A stretch of DNA of 54,668 nucleotides from a virus. Taxonomy: Duplodnaviria > Caudoviricetes. The DNA is taken from positions 1-54,668 of IMG/VR virus record IMGVR_UViG_3300048592_000644; one strand, given 5' to 3'. Position 1 is the first letter of the stretch. Each line of letters opens with the position of its first letter. Both the position numbers and the translations under genes were made by a program. Under the pieces are notes generated by a model. The model was not told the origin of the DNA. It was given only the letters and a program-made list of their open reading frames with translations, and searched no databases. Positions 37,984-47,811 of the stretch are shown piece by piece.

Positions 37984-40473
37984 TTAGGCGGTGACTTGTA
38001 CCCAACTGCCTTTTTGTGGCAATGGGCTAACCCGGCCGTTGTGTTCGCTAACATAGTAGTGCTTGGTATCCGTTGGGATAACATTGCTACCGCTAACGAT
38101 GTAATCTTGGTGCGGCCCGTCTAACAACATCGGCCGGAATACCCGGTGGGCAACCAATTCACGATTAACCACTAAGAGAGCCGGGAAAGAAGTGCCTAAT
38201 TTGGGGAACAGGTTGGTTTTGTAAATGGGCAAGCCTTTAATGCTACCCGCATAACCAGCCCCGTTCAGTGTGACCATACCGGGAGGCATAGGGTCATTGA
38301 ACCAGTTACCCAACACATCTGCCACAGAGTAAGAACACACAATGGCAGTGGCTTGATAGTTGCGCTCGTCAACCTTAACCCGCGCTCCACCAATGGCCCG
38401 TACTAAATCTTCTACGTCATCGGTGCTTGCAGACCATACCCCACCACGATTGCCGATAATGCTTTGAACGGCAGATAGGGCATGGTAGAAAATGGTTTCG
38501 TCAATCGTTTCCCGAATCCGAGAGATTAAGGAAAGGATGGAACGGGCGGTCGTGTCGTAGTTAATGGTCGAGATGGCATAAGCCTGAGCCTCGGCCGTAA
38601 CTTTGGTGGTTAAGCGCATGGCTTCAGTGGTGAGGGTCACAAAGTTTGTGAGGTTCTTACCAGAGCGAATGGCGTTGCCTTCACCGTTCCGTACCCGGTC
38701 ATACACATAATCAATTTCTAAGGCCAAAGGTAAAGCCCAAACATTGGCTGAACCATCTGGTTCCTCAGAGAGAATCATAATTTGCCCCAGGTCATGGTTG
38801 ATAATGTAATCATCTTGATAAACCAACGTGGTTGGCCCGGCCGTGTCCACTACGACAACAGAATCAATAACTACCGCTTTGTTGTCCAAGTTAACCCAGA
38901 CATCTTCGTCCGTCACCGCTACCGCTTCATTGGTCACAGTCACATAGCGGAGGGCATCGTCTTCGTAGGTTTCGTAGTAAATACGGGTGTCTGGGGTATC
39001 AATAACCCCAAAATCAAACACATTGGCCGCCACTAAGAGCGGGAAGGCTTGAGAGATAACAGCCCGCATGTAGCTGTAAGGGATGTTGAGGTCGGAGGTA
39101 GTGGATTCAGCATAGGCTTGAGCCTCTTTCTCCAAAGCCGCTTTATAAGTCTTGTCGTAATGAGCAAGGTATTGAGCGGTAAACACCTCAGCACGGTTTT
39201 TTGGCTTGCGGGGGTCAAAATGATTTTCAAGGTGAAGCGGGTTTTTCCGTTGGACAAAACTTTCTTCAAAAGCGTAAGAGGCCCGTGCAAACGCAGGTTG
39301 GCCGGTTTCGCTTTCAAAGGCAGTGCCGGAGTAGTTGACCCCTAACCCCCCCAAGTTTTGAGTAGCCATAGTAGCGGCGACTTTAGAGTACATAGAAACG
39401 TACTTCTTAATCACTTCGTTGGCTTCTTCAACGGTTTTGGGGTTTTCCGCTTTAATAGCGGCTGTCATTTGCTCATGCAATTCTTTGGCAAAGCGGGGTT
39501 TGGCTGTTTCGGATTCGATGTACTCACGGACTTGCCGGGTTTGGCTTTCTTGGCGAAGCTGTTCTAATTCGCGCATCCGTTGCTCAACGATAACGGTTAC
39601 ATCATCGTGGCTGTCGGCCCCTAACGCCTGAACCAACCCTTTTTGCCGTGCGGCTAAAGCCTCGGCAATGCGTTTTTGGTCGGCTTCTTTTTTCTCTTGT
39701 TCTTCTTTAATCTCTTGAAGAACTTCGGACTTTAATGACTTGCGCCGTTCCTCAGAGATTTGTTCAGCTTCACCGATAATGGCTTGATAAACAAGAGGGT
39801 AATCATTTTTCAACTGGTCTAAATTTTGTACGGCCGCTAAATCCTTGAGAGTAGGATTAGCCGGATTTGGAGGGGTAGGTACGGGCATTGGTTTGTTCTC
39901 CTGTTGCTGTTCAATAGCTTGGAAATTCTCTAACATGGCAATATTGGTAAAAGAAGCGTTGCTTACTAGGTCGAAGTTCATCAACTCTAGTTCCTCAACC
40001 TGCTCTATTGGTTCACCGTCCATGCTAATCTGCCGCCCCCACCCAGACCCAGATAAAGAGCCGGACGGGTACACTTTTGACTTCATAAGCATTAAGACGG
40101 ATTCACCAACCAAAGGGGTAGGAATAAGTGTTCCTACTAAGTGAACGGCACTGTGGCCGGGGAACTCTACGCTTTCCCCATACTCAAAGCGATTCCACTT
40201 AACAACGGTTTGCTTAAAATCCCGCTTAGAGGGGTGTTCAACCTCTCCCGTAAACTGCCCTGCTATCTCATTTGACCCATAGATATTTGACGGGTTGGCT
40301 GATAACTTGCGAAGGGCATTTTCTACCGCCTGTTGGGTGTAAATCCGGCGGTTGCGGTTAATTACGCCTACTACAATTGCATCTTTGATGCGAACAGTAG
40401 GCAAACCGTTCTCCTCTTTCAGAGAAAATTGGGATGGTTCAATGCTCTCTACTAATTTTTTTAGTTCGGACAT
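37984..40473 (-). CDS. fused prohead protease - scaffold - major capsid protein
   Basis: 829 aa: protease motifs NRNRRIY, GEVEHP, FDLVSNAS; coiled-coil middle; HK97-fold-like C-terminal half (RAVISQAFPLLVA, GSIKGLPIYKT). Confidence 0.85.
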   Translation of the reverse strand: MSELKKLVESIEPSQFSLKEENGLPTVRIKDAIVVGVINRNRRIYTQQAVENALRKLSANPSNIYGSNEIAGQFTGEVEHPSKRDFKQTVVKWNRFEYGESVEFPGHSAVHLVGTLIPTPLVGESVLMLMKSKVYPSGSLSGSGWGRQISMDGEPIEQVEELELMNFDLVSNASFTNIAMLENFQAIEQQQENKPMPVPTPPNPANPTLKDLAAVQNLDQLKNDYPLVYQAIIGEAEQISEERRKSLKSEVLQEIKEEQEKKEADQKRIAEALAARQKGLVQALGADSHDDVTVIVEQRMRELEQLRQESQTRQVREYIESETAKPRFAKELHEQMTAAIKAENPKTVEEANEVIKKYVSMYSKVAATMATQNLGGLGVNYSGTAFESETGQPAFARASYAFEESFVQRKNPLHLENHFDPRKPKNRAEVFTAQYLAHYDKTYKAALEKEAQAYAESTTSDLNIPYSYMRAVISQAFPLLVAANVFDFGVIDTPDTRIYYETYEDDALRYVTVTNEAVAVTDEDVWVNLDNKAVVIDSVVVVDTAGPTTLVYQDDYIINHDLGQIMILSEEPDGSANVWALPLALEIDYVYDRVRNGEGNAIRSGKNLTNFVTLTTEAMRLTTKVTAEAQAYAISTINYDTTARSILSLISRIRETIDETIFYHALSAVQSIIGNRGGVWSASTDDVEDLVRAIGGARVKVDERNYQATAIVCSYSVADVLGNWFNDPMPPGMVTLNGAGYAGSIKGLPIYKTNLFPKLGTSFPALLVVNRELVAHRVFRPMLLDGPHQDYIVSGSNVIPTDTKHYYVSEHNGRVSPLPQKGSWVQVTA

Positions 40474-40622
40474 TTGTTACATCCTCTTTTACGGAAACGC
40501 AGGTTACGCAAGTTCCGGGCGGCTCTCCTTAACAGGTCGGAGTTTGCTGGGTCGCGCAATGAAGCATCACCGTATATAGGTGAATCTGTGGTAGTAATTG
40601 TTTGGCTTGTTTTTTTCTTCAT
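40461..40622 (-). CDS. small Arg-rich protein (53 aa)
   Basis: ATG at 40622 after GAGAGG; RRAARNLRNLRFRKR and terminal CNKC; overlaps the capsid start. Confidence 0.45.
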   Translation of the reverse strand: MKKKTSQTITTTDSPIYGDASLRDPANSDLLRRAARNLRNLRFRKRGCNKCPN

Positions 40623-40654
40623 TACATACCTCTCGACAAAGGGCAATAGGCAAC

Positions 40655-40698
40655 AAAAAAGCGGTCTGCAAGCGGAAAAATTTCCACTCGCAGACCGC
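40655..40698 (-). terminator. intrinsic terminator/attenuator upstream of capsid gene
   Basis: 17-bp stem GCGGTCTGCGAGTGGAA/TTCCGCTTGCAGACCGC (two G-U pairs on the minus strand) plus TTTTTT. Confidence 0.8.
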
Positions 40699-40730
40699 AG
40701 TATGTTACGGGGGTCTATTGCGATGCCTTG

Positions 40731-40759
40731 AATATACAAGATTCGCTGTAATATGTCAA
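40731..40759 (-). promoter_or_regulatory. sigma70 promoter upstream of capsid gene
   Basis: TTGACA(40754-40759)-17-TATATT(40731-40736); the -10 lies inside a near-copy of the TTGAAYRTTCAA palindrome. Confidence 0.7.
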
Positions 40760-40760
40760 C

Positions 40761-41096
40761 TTATCGGCTGTTTCTTTCGCTCTTACTTGGAATGGTGCGC
40801 TCTACCCCCATTTGATTTTCCATAAAGCCTAACTCCATAATCAAAATGCGCCTTTTTTGTTCCAAAAACTCTTTGGGCATACAGGTTAACCCGCCTACAC
40901 TTTCGGCTATCATCATTGCCCATCGGTCGGGGTCTACGGTCGGCGGCCGGTTGAGAGCGAAGTCAGCCACCACTACCTGCATAATGAGAGAAAGCCGCTT
41001 TACCTCCATATCAAATAGAGCGATTTGAGCGGCGTTGGTTAAGGCACTGTTTTGTTGGGTATTGAGGGCAGTGTCATCAAAGCTAATGCGGGGCAT
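40761..41096 (-). CDS. hypothetical protein
   Basis: 111-aa ORF in the head module. Confidence 0.6.
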   Translation of the reverse strand: MPRISFDDTALNTQQNSALTNAAQIALFDMEVKRLSLIMQVVVADFALNRPPTVDPDRWAMMIAESVGGLTCMPKEFLEQKRRILIMELGFMENQMGVERTIPSKSERNSR

Positions 41097-41103
41097 ATCT
41101 TAC

Positions 41104-42387
41104 CTACCTGTTCAGGGTATCTAACATTTCATCTGGGTCAGCCAACAGCCAAAATAAAAATACGGCGGAAATAGCCAATAAGTTACGCCAAGCCTTTCCC
41201 CAACTTTCCCCTTTATCCACGGTCGGGGGTTGAATCCCCAAAAAAGCCATGTAATTATCTATTCTAGGATATGCCCCGGTCATTGCCAATCCCATTAAAG
41301 GCTCACCAAAAGCCATGCTAAAGGGTAACTCACCGGCCGGGGGGAGCAATGGTTCTCGTTTTTTAGGGTCAACTCCCACCCATTGCGCCAGTTGTGCCAA
41401 GAAACTATCCTCATCCTCATATTGCCCCACTTTGTAGCAGAGGCAAAGCACATGAATAGGCAACTTAATTGTGCCTAATTGGTAAATACCCTTGCCACCT
41501 TCACCACCAGTTACCACTGTCTCACACTCGCAACCTATGGGGGGATGTTGAGCCGATAGGTAAATACGCTCTTTGGTGATGTATGGCTGTTGCTCTAAGA
41601 GGTAGTCATTCATGGCATGGTGAATGGTTTGAATTTCATTCCGTGCCAACCGTAAAGCATTATAAGATACCCCTTTAGCACTGCATGGTTGCCCATCTTC
41701 TTTGCGAAGTAGCCCCGCCTGACTACCGGCCGCTATAGCGGCTTTAGAGGTACGGTCTAATCGTTCCCTTGTCCACCTGCGGCAATTCTGATTTGCTCCT
41801 AAAAACTGCTCTAGCTCTCTGGCTGTTTCCCATGCTCCTTTGCCCACTGAGTTGAATAATACTTTTTCTATCCCCGCCCAACTTTGGTTATCTAACTTCC
41901 ATATTCTAGCTGATAGGTTTAATCCATCAGGGTACACCCGCTCCCTTGTCTGGTTAATAAATTGGTTTAACTCTGGGGTAAATGGTATTTGCCCTATCCC
42001 GGCCGGGAACGCTTCTTTAACATCCCCTCTTTGGTATGGTTCGGGGCCAATAAAGCGGAAATGATTCCGGGCCACGGCCGCAAAGGGTATGGCAACGGCA
42101 TTTTGTAGGCCGTTGGCTAGTGCCTGTTCGTACTTAGCAAAAGCCGCTTTCCACTCCTCTTTTATAATGCGTGAGGCGGGAAGTACCTCATTAGAATCTA
42201 GTAACCCGTTTGGGCCAGCCTGGTCAATGACAATCTTTTGCGCCTTAGCACTGAACTCACCAAATATTTGATGAACGGTAGCAGTCATAATTAACTGTAA
42301 CCGCATTAAAGCACTGTTTTGGGCAGTGCCTATTTGCTTGCTGGTGTAATTCAAAATATCAGTTGGATTAACCATTCTTTTTATCAT
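41104..42387 (-). CDS. head morphogenesis / minor capsid protein (SPP1 gp7/MuF-like)
   Basis: LSARIW, YNALRLARNEI, LSAQHP..C.C, PIHVLCLC. Confidence 0.8.
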   Translation of the reverse strand: MIKRMVNPTDILNYTSKQIGTAQNSALMRLQLIMTATVHQIFGEFSAKAQKIVIDQAGPNGLLDSNEVLPASRIIKEEWKAAFAKYEQALANGLQNAVAIPFAAVARNHFRFIGPEPYQRGDVKEAFPAGIGQIPFTPELNQFINQTRERVYPDGLNLSARIWKLDNQSWAGIEKVLFNSVGKGAWETARELEQFLGANQNCRRWTRERLDRTSKAAIAAGSQAGLLRKEDGQPCSAKGVSYNALRLARNEIQTIHHAMNDYLLEQQPYITKERIYLSAQHPPIGCECETVVTGGEGGKGIYQLGTIKLPIHVLCLCYKVGQYEDEDSFLAQLAQWVGVDPKKREPLLPPAGELPFSMAFGEPLMGLAMTGAYPRIDNYMAFLGIQPPTVDKGESWGKAWRNLLAISAVFLFWLLADPDEMLDTLNR

Positions 42388-42610
42388 GCTGTTGGTTGAT
42401 AGAATCTATCCAACCCAACACCCCGGCCGCCGCCACCAATAAGCAGATTGAAACAACCGCCTCTATATCAAAATCAACCATTTTAAATGGGATACCGCAA
42501 ATAATAGACATGGCTAACAAAAAAGTAACCCCGGCCGTGAAGCCGGAAACACGGGGGAGTTTAGGGTAGGTTATGTTGACTTGTACGGGTTGTGGTTCGT
42601 TCTCGTTCAT
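42368..42610 (-). CDS. small membrane protein
   Basis: Two TM helices; ATGA coupling. Confidence 0.55.
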   Translation of the reverse strand: MNENEPQPVQVNITYPKLPRVSGFTAGVTFLLAMSIICGIPFKMVDFDIEAVVSICLLVAAAGVLGWIDSINQQHDKKNG

Positions 42611-42825
42611 GTTGTCACTGTTATACCCACAGTCATATTGCGGGTATCTAGGGGTATGAGCCAGTCATCTTCACCCGGCCGGGCGTGTTGCCCATAAAAC
42701 AAAATAAACCGATAGGTGGTGTGTCCGGCCGATGTTCGGGGCAACTTTACTTGGCTGTTGTGTTGCTCTATGGCCTCCACTACGGCTTTACTCAACGGGT
42801 ACGGAAGGGAGGTGAAGTTATCCAT
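42607..42825 (-). CDS. hypothetical protein
   Basis: 72-aa ORF, weak RBS. Confidence 0.45.
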   Translation of the reverse strand: MDNFTSLPYPLSKAVVEAIEQHNSQVKLPRTSAGHTTYRFILFYGQHARPGEDDWLIPLDTRNMTVGITVTT

Positions 42826-42924
42826 AAAATTCTTTGGGACAGGACAATTTTGGGGGTGGTTAGGGTGAGTATGCTTGAGGCATGGGTACTTGACGGCCTT
42901 ACTATTTTGTATGGGGTGGTTGAA

Positions 42925-43236
42925 TTAGTTCCCTTCGGTTTCCGTTTCATTTTCCATTACCGCAATAACATCATGCGCCCGAATCAAAATCATTTGCACC
43001 CCATTTAATTTAACCCGTATTCCGGCTAATTTATCAAAAATGATATTGTCCCCCACCTCTACATCCGGCCGGAGGCGCACCCCTTTTTTGCTAAACTTGC
43101 CACGGCCGACACTGTAAACAATGCCCTCATTCTTATACCCTGTTTTAGTGGGGATAATGAGGCCGGAGGGTGTGGCCTCCTCCATTTTCTTTGGGGCCAC
43201 TAAAATACAATCACCATATGCCAGTAAAGAAGTCAT
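42925..43236 (-). CDS. groES: co-chaperonin GroES
   Basis: GDCILV..EEATPSGLIIP..GIVYSVGRG..VEVGDNIIF.K.AG..VKLNG...IR..DVIAVM. Confidence 0.93.
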   Translation of the reverse strand: MTSLLAYGDCILVAPKKMEEATPSGLIIPTKTGYKNEGIVYSVGRGKFSKKGVRLRPDVEVGDNIIFDKLAGIRVKLNGVQMILIRAHDVIAVMENETETEGN

Positions 43237-43665
43237 CTATTCCCCCTTTGGAATGTCTATAATTTCCCCATAATCATTTAGCTTTTTTTCAAACAACTGT
43301 TTAAGCAACTCTTTTAGCTTTCTCAGTTGCCCTAATTGTACGCTAATGGTGTGAGTGTCAGCGATGCGCCCATGAACCTGCTCTTGTAATTCAATCTTTG
43401 CCATTATTTCCCCAAACAGGCTTTGTATTGAATCTTGAACATTCAAGTCAGAGTTGACCCGGCCGATTAAATCACCTATCACAGCTTTTAAGGCATGGTT
43501 CTCCCCACTCACTTCTATTAGCTTCAGTGCCATATCCCGCACATAAGCCATAGACACATAACTAAGCGATTCACAAACAACTTGGCCTTGTACCATCACT
43601 ATCCACAATGAACCCATTTGCTCTAGGCTAACAAGGGGCTGTTCGGCCGGTTGATTATCACTCAT
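43237..43665 (-). CDS. hypothetical protein
   Basis: 142-aa ORF, coupled to neighbours. Confidence 0.6.
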   Translation of the reverse strand: MSDNQPAEQPLVSLEQMGSLWIVMVQGQVVCESLSYVSMAYVRDMALKLIEVSGENHALKAVIGDLIGRVNSDLNVQDSIQSLFGEIMAKIELQEQVHGRIADTHTISVQLGQLRKLKELLKQLFEKKLNDYGEIIDIPKGE

Positions 43666-44359
43666 CGTTTTTCACCTTGTCTTGTGGTCTAACTCTGGCC
43701 TTACGCGCCGGGGTTGCAATGGCTTGTGGCTCAGGCTCAGGTTCGGGCGTTGGTTCGTCTGGGGCGGGTTGGGCAATAAGGGAGTTAAACATATAACGAA
43801 TAGCATAGGCCAATTCTAAGGCACTACCGGCCGGGGCCGGGGGAACTTTGCCATAAGCCACTTGCACCAAATTAACCCCTTGCATATCGTGAGCCGCTAA
43901 CAAGTGGTCTAAATCACTCTTGATGTTGGTACGGTCTAATTTGCCTAACAACCCCCCACTGCCCAAATTAAGCCGGGCAAACTGTAATTCGGCCGCCACA
44001 CCATGAAGCACAAGGCTTTCTTTAGAGGGGTATGGTTCAAGCCAAAAAGCCAGGGCAGTGGCAATCCCTTGAGGGTGGGAGATAACGGCGGTAACGCTCT
44101 CTCCTAGCTGGTGTTCGTTGACAGCTAGGTACGGCCGGAGGCGATTTTCACGGTTGCCTACATGGGCTTGAGCTTCCTCTGCGCGGTTGGCAAAGCTAAA
44201 GGCTGACAGGTTAGCTTGTCCGGCCGGGCAAAGATTTTCAGGCAAATAGCCGATTCGTTCAGCATAAAACGCCCGGCCGGTATCATCAATTACCGCTAAC
44301 GACAATAAACCGCTCGGAGCGCGGTTATCTACCGGGAAAGAAGCAATGTAAAGGTTCAT
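43658..44359 (-). CDS. degenerate 3'-5' exonuclease-fold protein
   Basis: LLSLAVIDDTGRAFYAE resembles DUF5051/DEDDh nucleases, but the acidic catalytic residues are absent. Confidence 0.45.
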   Translation of the reverse strand: MNLYIASFPVDNRAPSGLLSLAVIDDTGRAFYAERIGYLPENLCPAGQANLSAFSFANRAEEAQAHVGNRENRLRPYLAVNEHQLGESVTAVISHPQGIATALAFWLEPYPSKESLVLHGVAAELQFARLNLGSGGLLGKLDRTNIKSDLDHLLAAHDMQGVNLVQVAYGKVPPAPAGSALELAYAIRYMFNSLIAQPAPDEPTPEPEPEPQAIATPARKARVRPQDKVKNDE

Positions 44360-44367
44360 TTTAAGGT

Positions 44368-45879
44368 TTACTCCTCTGTATCATCGGTATCATCCTCTGG
44401 CTGTTCATCTTGAGTGTCGGCCGGGGGAGCAATAGTTCTAGTTGGTAATTTAGGGGGAATGTTGGGTTGGCTGACTAAGTTAGCCATACGGTTAGTTGGG
44501 TCGGGGAAAGGTGAGGCTATCTCTAAAGCATACGCCTGTTGTAGTTCCTCAAGGCTGACATGGGGGAGCAAAGCGGAAACAATTTTTAGAATAAGGCTAT
44601 CCCCTATAACCATTGTTCCCCGCAAAGAGGCTACGGCTTGCCCCACGTCTATCAATTCGCGGGGGGTTAGTTGGGAGGTTTGTTTCCGGGTAATGGTGTA
44701 GGGGTTGAGTGGGGGAAAAACACCATTTAAATAGAAATGCCTGTCTATGAGAGGCTCAATAAACTGCGCTCCCATCCAATCTACACCATCAGCTACGGCT
44801 TGCCGATATTGCTTGCTTTTTTGTTCTAAAATATCTCGGTTAATGTTTTTGGCGTAACCGATAAGTTCAAGTGGGGTCATAGCCACAATAGCCCCTGTTT
44901 CAATGTGGTGCATAATGTCACCAATGCGGTCAAGCATGGAATCACCCTGAAACTCTTTGTAACTTTCGTTGCCAGAGGCTGTAGTAAAAATGTCTAAGAT
45001 AGAAGCCAAGTTATCAAAAGAAACATTAAGCGTTTCTTTGTTGGCCTCGCGGTACGCTTTTACTGTGGCCTCGCTAACATCTGACAGGGTGTGAACTCTT
45101 GTTTTACCCCCACTCATAGCCCGACGAACAGCCACATCGTCCCATCCCCGGCTTGCCCGGCGAAAAGCACCAATAGCTGAACGGAGTTCCGGCCGCCCGT
45201 ATGGGTTGCGGGGTGTGTTTTGCGGGTTGTTTTTGCCCCAAACAACTAGAAAAAGCGGGTAAAAAACGGCTTCCCCCCCGGCCATGCTCCCAAATTCTTG
45301 CACCTGAAACGCTTTAGAGCGGTCAACAAAGTGACCCCGGCGGTTGAGTACCGGCTTTACATCTAATGTTTCAAATGGGTCAATACGGGTAATTTGCCGG
45401 AGCTTCGTATCTACCCCAACCTCAAGAAAATAATCCCCGTCTATCTTGGCTTGTAAGCACCACTCATAAGTACGGGAATTAACCTTTAAATCTTCCATGA
45501 AGTTGTCAGCTAACTCTTGGGCTTGTCGCTCGGCTATTGCCCCCGGCTGTACCTGAATAACGTACTCTCCCCTGGTGATGTCCACGGCCGATGTTTTTAA
45601 TAAGGCTTCATAAATGGGGTTTTGGTCAAACTGCTTGCGACTTTCAATGATAACCCGTTGCCTTTCGCTTGGCCCCTGCATCATAGCGGCCGCATTTTCG
45701 GCATTAGGTTTTTGGGTGTAGGCCGGGGCAATATAATCTTGCGTGTTTTGTAGTTGATTGCCTTGAGAAACAATTAACTCTGCCCCACGGCCGGGGTTAT
45801 CTTTGCTTTGTCGGCCGACAAGCGTTTGCACAATATTCAATATAGCTTGCACTACCGGGGGTAAATCAAACCGTTCCAT
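44368..45879 (-). CDS. portal protein
   Basis: 503 aa after terminase; IDGDYFLEV, PYGRPEL motifs. Confidence 0.85.
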   Translation of the reverse strand: MERFDLPPVVQAILNIVQTLVGRQSKDNPGRGAELIVSQGNQLQNTQDYIAPAYTQKPNAENAAAMMQGPSERQRVIIESRKQFDQNPIYEALLKTSAVDITRGEYVIQVQPGAIAERQAQELADNFMEDLKVNSRTYEWCLQAKIDGDYFLEVGVDTKLRQITRIDPFETLDVKPVLNRRGHFVDRSKAFQVQEFGSMAGGEAVFYPLFLVVWGKNNPQNTPRNPYGRPELRSAIGAFRRASRGWDDVAVRRAMSGGKTRVHTLSDVSEATVKAYREANKETLNVSFDNLASILDIFTTASGNESYKEFQGDSMLDRIGDIMHHIETGAIVAMTPLELIGYAKNINRDILEQKSKQYRQAVADGVDWMGAQFIEPLIDRHFYLNGVFPPLNPYTITRKQTSQLTPRELIDVGQAVASLRGTMVIGDSLILKIVSALLPHVSLEELQQAYALEIASPFPDPTNRMANLVSQPNIPPKLPTRTIAPPADTQDEQPEDDTDDTEE

Positions 45880-45882
45880 CTT

Positions 45883-46116
45883 TTATTCCTCTATTTTCTT
45901 TCTGGCGGGGGGTGGGGTTAAGCTGGCCTGAAAAGAGATAACCGCCCCATTCCCTTCCTGCTCTAACGCCTGTTCAAACTCACTCAAAGAGTTAAATAAT
46001 CTGGGTGGAGTTTTCATAAACTTAGATACCGTCGGAACGGCGCACACATAGCCATTAGAGAAGATAATACCCTCTCCTACAATAACGCCCTCTGAAACAA
46101 TAACAAAACTTTTCAT
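45883..46116 (-). CDS. hypothetical protein
   Basis: 77 aa, GAGG RBS. Confidence 0.6.
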   Translation of the reverse strand: MKSFVIVSEGVIVGEGIIFSNGYVCAVPTVSKFMKTPPRLFNSLSEFEQALEQEGNGAVISFQASLTPPPARKKIEE

Positions 46117-46132
46117 AAATCCTCATTATACA

Positions 46133-47791
46133 TCAAACATTATCAAAACCAGTTTGTATGTCTTTTTTAAGGCTTATAATTGCCGTCTCAGGGGCAAGAG
46201 AAGCCATTAAACAGTAGTTTTCGGCATGGGCAAAGTGGTCGGCTTCCGTTTCAATATAAACGCTCCGGCCGTTCTTTATTTGCCTCAGTGGTGCTTTTAG
46301 TTGTGAATAATAGCGGGGAATGGAATCAGCATTGCCCGGCAAAGCGTTCTCTCTGGCTCTAAATCTGGAATAGGTGAGGTCGAGGGTACGGGTGCGGTCG
46401 GCGACAACTATCATATCTTCCTCATTCCACTCAACTGAAGCCACACCCCTCAACCCATCGGGGCTGGTGTGGTAACGGCAAAGCCAAACCCGCCCCCGGC
46501 CGTATTGCGCCTGTATCCCCCGCACCATATTTGTTTCCGGGCCTATGTCGAATACTGCCCGTTTAACCTTGTAGACGCTCATAAGGAGCGGAATATCAGA
46601 AGGTTGGGCTTCTGTGGCACACAGTAAAGGTCGTTTGCCTTGCTCATTTAATGGGGCGCGAATAATGACATGAAGCACCTTGCCCACGTCCACTCCCATT
46701 AAATTACCGCCTCCGGCCGGGCCGGGGAGATAACCCATTTTACAGGCGTTCAAATCCTCATCGGTTAGACGGCCACCTCTCGGAGAGTAGGGTAATCCTA
46801 AATCCTGATTCCAACATTCACGGATTTTAGATTCATCAAACGATTGTAAGGCTTGCACCATCTCTTTAAGGGGGCTACGGGGGTAGCAAAGTTTGGTTGG
46901 GTGGAATCCCACTAAGTCATTGCTTCTACTTGGATACTTAGCCACCCACCGGCCGGGGGATTTGCGGTCTAAAATCTTGTGGCACTTTTTACAACAGCAA
47001 AGATACTGGTTAATCTTTTGCCCATACCACGCTATGGGCTGTTGGTCGTGATTCCAGTCAATGACCACATTGTTAATGTCTATCTCTTGCCATGTGCCAC
47101 AATGAGGGCATTTTAAGCACCATACTCTTTGGTCTGACTGCATCCATTCAGCATGGATACCAATAGAGTTAAACGTAGGGGTTGAGAGGCTTAGTTCCTC
47201 TGCTATAAGAGAGTGACCTAACCGTTTTGAAACTAAATCCTTTACCCTGGGGTTCATCACATCTACTTCATCCCTTACCCCTATATCGGCATCAATAGAG
47301 CGTAACTGAGAGGCGTTTCCCTCAGTATCAATCTTCCCCCCTCGAAAGGTTATGAAGTTGTCTCTCACCCGCTTCATGGTCACTCTGTCGGCCCCGCCCT
47401 CCCCGGCATTGACCACTAAAGAAGCGAGATAGGGACTGCTTTTTAAGGCTGGCCCAAAGCGTTTTTGTGAAAAATCGCTTACATCCCCATCGGTTGGCAT
47501 AACATAGAATACATCAGCCTTTCTTACGTCACATGACCACAAGGCACGATTAACCGCATATTCGCTAAGGCCAAGTTGCCCCCCTTTCATTAAGACAATC
47601 TTTTTGGCCTCACACTCATAAATGCCCCTTAAAAACTGGTGATGCTCCAGGTCAAAGGCAAGGTTAGGTTTAATGAGCGGCCGGTGCTTGATTGTCCATT
47701 CCAGCAAACCCATATATTTGCGGCCGGTCTGAATGTTTACCCGCCGCAGTTTTTCATCTAGTGCTGTAATGAGTTCGTGAGTTTGGTTCAT
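46133..47791 (-). CDS. terL: terminase large subunit (lambda GpA-like)
   Basis: MKGGQLGLSE, RDEVD, LSTPT, SDQRVW..KCPHCG, MGVDVG, DHFAHA. Confidence 0.93.
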   Translation of the reverse strand: MNQTHELITALDEKLRRVNIQTGRKYMGLLEWTIKHRPLIKPNLAFDLEHHQFLRGIYECEAKKIVLMKGGQLGLSEYAVNRALWSCDVRKADVFYVMPTDGDVSDFSQKRFGPALKSSPYLASLVVNAGEGGADRVTMKRVRDNFITFRGGKIDTEGNASQLRSIDADIGVRDEVDVMNPRVKDLVSKRLGHSLIAEELSLSTPTFNSIGIHAEWMQSDQRVWCLKCPHCGTWQEIDINNVVIDWNHDQQPIAWYGQKINQYLCCCKKCHKILDRKSPGRWVAKYPSRSNDLVGFHPTKLCYPRSPLKEMVQALQSFDESKIRECWNQDLGLPYSPRGGRLTDEDLNACKMGYLPGPAGGGNLMGVDVGKVLHVIIRAPLNEQGKRPLLCATEAQPSDIPLLMSVYKVKRAVFDIGPETNMVRGIQAQYGRGRVWLCRYHTSPDGLRGVASVEWNEEDMIVVADRTRTLDLTYSRFRARENALPGNADSIPRYYSQLKAPLRQIKNGRSVYIETEADHFAHAENYCLMASLAPETAIISLKKDIQTGFDNV

Positions 47792-47811
47792 GGTGCTTGA
47801 ATGTTCAAGGT

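Noticed and set aside
42607-43236. Readthrough fusion of GroES with the downstream in-frame ORF
   Set aside because: The 33 codons between them are open, but the stop is TAA-T (efficient) and GroES ends at its normal length
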